From positions 15,401 through 79,400 of the forward strand of contig CAYTER010000002.1 in NCBI GenBank assembly GCA_964436815.1: 64,000 nt of DNA, in the 5' to 3' direction. The notes under the pieces are model-generated. The model saw only the letters and a list, made by a program, of their open reading frames with translations. It made no database searches and had not been told where the DNA came from. The translations under genes and the position numbers were made by a program. Of this stretch, positions 59,660 to 64,000 are shown one piece after another. This DNA is from an uncultured Syntrophomonadaceae bacterium. Its GTDB lineage: Bacteria > Bacillota > Dethiobacteria > DTU022. Numbering within the stretch: position 1 is the stretch's first letter; the number at the start of each line of letters is the position of its first letter.

Positions 59660-62029
59660 TTAGTTGCCGAACTGCTCCCACCAGTTTGGCGGAGGATCCG
59701 GTGCCGGCGGTGGAGGATCTTCGCCTGGCGGCACTTCAGGCTCAGGATCCGGAGGCGGTGGCTCTTCATCCGGCGGTTCCTCAGGTTCAGGCAGCGGTGG
59801 AAAAGGTTCTTCGGGAAACGGATCCAGGGGCTCTTCATCCGGTAAAGGCAGCAGCTCTTCGTGGAAATCGCAGATCCGGTTAGGCGCATACCTGGAGATG
59901 AAATAATCCGTATTAACTGTACCGGCTGCCCGGCAGAGCTCATTTGGCCGCAGCCCTGATATGGAACATACTTCCATCCTGACAATTCCATCAGGACGAA
60001 TGAAATCCCTGATTTCAAGATTCTTAAAAGCCTCCAGAAAAACTTCCCGCAGAAAAGCGGTCGAGTAACGCCAACCCTGCTGGATACCCCCCATTTTCGG
60101 CTCGTCGAAACCCATCCAGAAGGATGCGACCAGGTTTGGAGTGTAAGCAACCAGGTAGACATCTTTCCAGTTTTCCGTTGTTCCGGTTTTTGCTGCAACC
60201 GCCCGGTCTATCTGCAGGGCCCTGCCTAAATATTTACGGACAAAATCCTGGAGAATATCATTGACAAGAAAAGCAGCCTGGGGGCTGATTACCTGCTGTG
60301 GATTAATTTTCTGCTCGTAGATAATTACTCCGTTGCTGTCTACGATCTTCTCCACTGTATGCAGATCAACTTTAACCCCGCTGTTTGCCAGAACGCCATA
60401 GGCCTGGGCCATTTCTATGGCGCTTACCCCATAGGTAAACCCGCCCAAGGTCAGGCTCAGGTTGTCGATCTCCTCTGGCGCAAAGCTCGTAATGCCCATC
60501 TGCTGAGCATAATGTACGCCAACCCTGGGCGTCAGGGCCTGAAAAGCACGAACAGCCGGAACATTATAGGAAAAGTATAGTGCTTCCCGGGCAGATATCA
60601 TACCCCTGAACCGGTTATCAAAATTCTTCGGCTGCCAACCCTGCGGCCCGGTAAAAGGGGAATCATCCAGTGTTGAACCGGCTCCGGCCAGAACGCCCTC
60701 GTTAAAAGCCGGAGCATAGGTAATAATAGGCTTGATTGCCGAACCCGGCTGACGCAGGACTGTAAAGCGCAAAATTTCATCAACTTTTTTACGGTAACTG
60801 CGGCCGCCGCCCAGAGCCTTAATCCGTCCGGTTACGGGGTCAGCGACTACAATCGCCGCCTGGGGTTGGGCCACCCCCCCTTCTTCGAGAGTCAGTTCCT
60901 GGATCTGCGCCCTGGTCAGGTCACGTCCGGTCGGCAAACCACTTACAGCCTCCCTCACTGCGGGCAGATCAACATAAATCGTTGAAGGGTAGAGATCAGT
61001 TCGAGCCAGAACTCCTTCAACATGTTCCTGGAGATCAGGTTCGAGCGTAGTGTAAACTCTTAAACCACCAGTATAGATAGCCTGGTAGGCTTCATGGCGT
61101 GTTCCGATTGCCGGCATAGCGCTTAAGATCCTGATTAACTCGTGATGAACAACGTAATCTACAAAATAAGGGTAAGCGTAATCAGGATCTTTGGGAAGCG
61201 CATAACTGATCTGCTCCGCCAATGCTTCCCGGTGCTGCCGTTCCGAAATAAGGCCGAGCCGTTCCATGTTAGCCAGCACAACCCACATGCGCGCTTCTGC
61301 TTCCAGCAGGTTGTCAAAGGGGTTGTAATAGTTAGGCGAGCGGACCGCTCCAGCCAGCATTGCCGCCTCCCCGATGCTAAGATTGCCGACACTTTTATCA
61401 AAATAGGTCTGGGCGGCCGCTTCAACACCGTAGGCTCCGTTGCCAAAATAGATCCTGTTTAAGTACATTTCCAGGATTTCTTCCTTGCCATAGTTGCGTT
61501 CCAACTGCAGGGCAAGCCAGATTTCCTGAATTTTTCTTCTATAGGTCTTATCCGTTGTCAGAAAAGCATTCTGGGCGAGCTGCTGGGTAATTGTGCTGGC
61601 TCCCTGAACGATCTCACCGGCCTTGAAATTGACATAAGCCGCTCGCAGGCTGCCGGTCAAATCGAAACCGAAATGATTAAAAAACCGCTCGTCCTCGATC
61701 GAAATAAAAGCGTCCTGCACGTGGCGGGGAATTTCATTCAAGCCGACGGCAACCCTGTTCTGCTCTTCATGCAGGGCTGCTATCTCATTGCCATTACTGT
61801 CGTAAAGGTAAGAGGTTTCGACTGTCGCCAGTCTGGATGGATCAAAGGGGGGAGCTTCATTTACATAGTTAACCACAACTGCCGCAACTGCCACGCCACC
61901 AATCAGAAAAAACAGAATCAGGGCAATCAATAAACCCTTTAGAATCAAACCGGCATTGATTGATCTTCGCTTTGGTTTTCTGTAATTGCCGACAGGTCTT
62001 TGTTCAAGCGGCACCTTTTTTTCTGCCAA
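59660..62029 (-). CDS. Class A penicillin-binding protein (PBP1A-type transglycosylase/transpeptidase) with a Pro-rich acidic C-terminal tail
   Basis: It has an N-terminal TM helix, a GT51 domain (EDERFFNHFGFD, RKIQE) and a transpeptidase domain (SGSAIKP, KTGTT). The C-terminal ~70 aa are rich in PEEP/PPPP. It starts at a TTG behind GGGAGGA. Confidence 0.85.
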   Translation of the reverse strand: MAEKKVPLEQRPVGNYRKPKRRSINAGLILKGLLIALILFFLIGGVAVAAVVVNYVNEAPPFDPSRLATVETSYLYDSNGNEIAALHEEQNRVAVGLNEIPRHVQDAFISIEDERFFNHFGFDLTGSLRAAYVNFKAGEIVQGASTITQQLAQNAFLTTDKTYRRKIQEIWLALQLERNYGKEEILEMYLNRIYFGNGAYGVEAAAQTYFDKSVGNLSIGEAAMLAGAVRSPNYYNPFDNLLEAEARMWVVLANMERLGLISERQHREALAEQISYALPKDPDYAYPYFVDYVVHHELIRILSAMPAIGTRHEAYQAIYTGGLRVYTTLEPDLQEHVEGVLARTDLYPSTIYVDLPAVREAVSGLPTGRDLTRAQIQELTLEEGGVAQPQAAIVVADPVTGRIKALGGGRSYRKKVDEILRFTVLRQPGSAIKPIITYAPAFNEGVLAGAGSTLDDSPFTGPQGWQPKNFDNRFRGMISAREALYFSYNVPAVRAFQALTPRVGVHYAQQMGITSFAPEEIDNLSLTLGGFTYGVSAIEMAQAYGVLANSGVKVDLHTVEKIVDSNGVIIYEQKINPQQVISPQAAFLVNDILQDFVRKYLGRALQIDRAVAAKTGTTENWKDVYLVAYTPNLVASFWMGFDEPKMGGIQQGWRYSTAFLREVFLEAFKNLEIRDFIRPDGIVRMEVCSISGLRPNELCRAAGTVNTDYFISRYAPNRICDFHEELLPLPDEEPLDPFPEEPFPPLPEPEEPPDEEPPPPDPEPEVPPGEDPPPPAPDPPPNWWEQFGN

Positions 62030-62343
62030 AGTAAGGGTCCTCCCAATGTGAATAAGATTAGCTTATCCTGGTAAATTATATCACAGGCGCCCGGCTCAAG
62101 CAGTGGCGCATACAGTCCCATAATTCTCAAAAAGTAAACCGATCTCATGGTTCTTTCTCATTATTGATAACTGATCAACCTAAATAGTTCCTTTCTTGAA
62201 AATCTCCTCCGGTAAGCGATCTTCATAAACATAGGGTCCTCCCATAGCCGGAAGCACAAACCGCATCTGCGAGTTTGATTGGCATTATTTTTGCATGAAC
62301 ATAAAGCACTATCTTTTTATCAGCTGAAGGGAGAACAAAAGTC

Positions 62344-63678
62344 ATGGATCGGGATGCTGTAATCAAGGAAAGCGATCGTATTTTAAATTATATTCTCAAG
62401 GATGAACTGACCTCCGAGGAAAAGAACAGGGTTGTTTCCGACTCTATTGAAAACTATGCCCAATATGTTAACCCCGCAATACTGTCAGCCCGTAAATCTG
62501 TTTCCTCCGATTACTCATTTGTCGAATGGGAAGATGAAGGAGCCGTCTTCCGCGATACGCATGGAGTTGAATTTATAGACTGCCTTGGCGGTTTCGGTAT
62601 TTATATGCTTGGGCACCGTAATCCCAAGGTTTTGGAGGTAGTACAGGCCCAGCTAAACAGGTATGCCCTGCACAGCCAGGAACTGGTCGAGCCGCTGCGT
62701 GGTTATCTTTCAAAATTGGTTGAAATGATTACCCCGGGAGACTTGCAGTATTCATTTATCTGCAATGGCGGCGCCGAAGCGGTGGAGATGGCGCTCAAGC
62801 TGGCCCGCCTGGCCTCAGGCAAGAACTGCTTCATCTCCACAGTTAACGCTTTTCACGGCAAATCAATGGGCGCAGTTTCAGCAACCGGCAAAGGAGTTTA
62901 CCGTAAGCCTTACCTGCCGTTGATTCCCGGATTCCAGCATGTTGAGTATGCTGATGCCGAAGCGGTGGAAAAAGCGATCCGTAACCTGATTGCAGTCGGG
63001 GAATCTGTTGCCGGGGTAATTGTCGAGCCGATTCAGGGCGAAGCTGGAATAATTGTTCCGCCTGATGGTTACCTGCCTGCCTTGCGTGAAATTTGTGACC
63101 GCTACGAAGTGCTGTTAATCACTGATGAAATCCAGACCGGAATGGGCAGGACAGGCAGCCTCTGGGCCGTTGAACAGGTTAATGTGGTTCCGGATATCCT
63201 GATCATGGGTAAAGCTTTTGGCGGTGGAGTGATGCCGATTACCGGCATCGTAGCCCGCAAGCACCTCTGGCAGAACATGCTTGATAATCCCTGGATCCTC
63301 GGCTCCCCAACCTTCGGCGGTAATCCTTTAAGCTGCTCTGCGGCTATTGCGGCTATTAAATACACGGTTGAGTGGGATATACCGAAAATGGCCGCTGAAA
63401 AAGGAAATTATATTTTAGAGAAACTAAGTGTATTTAAAGATAAATATACCGCCCTGCAGGCGGTAAGGGGCCGCGGCTTGTTAATCGGTATGGAATTCCC
63501 CTCAGATGAAATCGGCTTCCAGCTGGCTAAAGATCTATTTGACCAAAGGGTTCTGGTCGGGGGCACGCTTAATAATGCCCGGGTAATCAGGATTGAGCCG
63601 CCGGCAATAATATCTTATGAACAGATCGATACTGTTTTGAGTTGCCTTGAAAAAACACTGGGAAAGTTGAGCAAGTAA
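62344..63678 (+). CDS. patA: Class III PLP aminotransferase closely resembling putrescine aminotransferase (PatA/YgjG)
   Basis: 444 aa. From memory it aligns along its length with E. coli PatA (FIDCLGGFGI...GHRNP, LHSQEL, AFHGKS.GA.SATGK, ILEPIQGEGG, DE.QTGMGRTG, PDIL..GKA.GGGVMPI, RIEPP). Confidence 0.8.
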   Translation: MDRDAVIKESDRILNYILKDELTSEEKNRVVSDSIENYAQYVNPAILSARKSVSSDYSFVEWEDEGAVFRDTHGVEFIDCLGGFGIYMLGHRNPKVLEVVQAQLNRYALHSQELVEPLRGYLSKLVEMITPGDLQYSFICNGGAEAVEMALKLARLASGKNCFISTVNAFHGKSMGAVSATGKGVYRKPYLPLIPGFQHVEYADAEAVEKAIRNLIAVGESVAGVIVEPIQGEAGIIVPPDGYLPALREICDRYEVLLITDEIQTGMGRTGSLWAVEQVNVVPDILIMGKAFGGGVMPITGIVARKHLWQNMLDNPWILGSPTFGGNPLSCSAAIAAIKYTVEWDIPKMAAEKGNYILEKLSVFKDKYTALQAVRGRGLLIGMEFPSDEIGFQLAKDLFDQRVLVGGTLNNARVIRIEPPAIISYEQIDTVLSCLEKTLGKLSK

Positions 63679-63710
63679 ACCCGCTTAAGCAAAATGAATT
63701 GGAGTATGCG

Positions 63711-63750
63711 GCAGGCCTGTCCCGGAAGGGGGCAGGCCTGCTGTTTCCGT
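63711..63750. terminator. Hairpin terminator between the convergent patA-like and HD-GYP genes
   Basis: GCAGGCCTG...CAGGCCTGC stem followed by TGTTTCCGTTCGGTTTATT. Confidence 0.65.
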
Positions 63751-63774
63751 TCGGTTTATTAAGGATAAACAACA

Positions 63775-64000
63775 CTAAATAATGGAGAGAAAAACCTTAA
63801 CCAACTCCGGATCAAAATGATAACCGGCACATTTTTTGATCTCCTCCAGGGCTTCTTCCCTGCTGATAGCCTTTTTGTACGGGCGATCGTTAGTCATCGC
63901 ATCAAAAGCGTCAATGATAGAGAGAATCCTGCATTCTACCGGGATCTCCTCCCCCTGGAGCTGAATCGGGTAGCCGCTGCCATCCCATTTTTCATGGTGC
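63775..64000 (-). CDS. HD-GYP domain phosphohydrolase, C-terminal fragment. The N-terminal part lies beyond the window end.
   Basis: The minus-strand translation reads ...HHEKWDGSGYPIQLQGEEIPVECRILSIIDAFDAMTNDRPYKKAIS...*. It contains the HHExxDGxGYP and DxxDAMTxxRPY motifs. Confidence 0.7.
   Translation of the reverse strand, partial: HHEKWDGSGYPIQLQGEEIPVECRILSIIDAFDAMTNDRPYKKAISREEALEEIKKCAGYHFDPELVKVFLSII

Noticed and set aside
59608-59906. Gly/Ser-rich and Arg-rich ORFs (59664-59906, 59636-59845).
   Set aside because: They are antisense or out-of-frame artefacts of the Pro/Glu-rich codons at the C-terminus of the PBP gene.
1-64000. Mobile elements, CRISPR arrays, rRNA and tRNA genes.
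   Set aside because: I found no transposase, integrase or recombinase ORFs, no regularly spaced direct repeats, and no tRNA-like sequence in the few intergenic regions longer than 250 bp (18689-18976, 41979-42247, 50857-51112, 62030-62343).

Overview
This 64 kb window looks like a chromosomal segment from an anaerobic Firmicute (Clostridia-like), about 50% GC, densely coding and dominated by the minus strand. I see no rRNA or tRNA genes, no CRISPR array, and no transposases or integrases.

Supported content, in window order:
- A partial class I pyridine-nucleotide disulfide oxidoreductase (its C-terminal coding end runs off the window start) behind a YibE/F-like membrane protein, a secreted CAP-domain protein, a CBS-domain protein, a membrane-anchored M20 peptidase and a pair of small polytopic membrane proteins.
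- HIT hydrolase, YyaL-type thioredoxin-domain protein, ZIP metal transporter and glnS.
- A Clp-fold serine protease and a rhomboid protease.
- A three-subunit NAD-linked formate dehydrogenase operon (NuoE-like, NuoF-like, FdhA). The catalytic subunit is read through an in-frame TGA, which is why the ORF track shows two abutting ORFs (13479-15098 and 15111-16157); I read the TGA as selenocysteine. The operon also holds a 59-aa cysteine-rich ORF that the track missed.
- Ferritin, then a molybdenum hydroxylase (L/M/S subunits) with a DUF2284 metal-binding accessory gene.
- A trypsin-like protease, Yip1 and SppA.
- Cupin plus a flavodiiron protein.
- An unusually long RND pump (1325 aa) followed by a TetR regulator.
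- ptb-buk, tex, an LCP protein, signal peptidase I and a liaFSR-like module.
- hom.
- A five-gene operon: SAM methyltransferase, KAS-like condensing enzyme, two paralogous GAF-PAS histidine kinases, and an HD-GYP response regulator.
- An ADP-forming acyl-CoA synthetase converging on an operon of RidA, a 4-hydroxybutyryl-CoA-dehydratase-like enzyme, an FAD oxidoreductase, a class V PLP enzyme and a Nif3-like protein.
- A standalone SagB-type dehydrogenase, a class A PBP, a putrescine-aminotransferase-like gene and a partial HD-GYP gene.

My top candidate for an undescribed system is the methyltransferase + KAS + HK + HK + HD-GYP regulator operon. I read it as a possible lipid-derived signal synthesis and sensing module, analogous to Rpf or Phc. 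The RidA/AbfD-like operon is the second candidate, as an uncharacterised CoA-thioester fermentation route.
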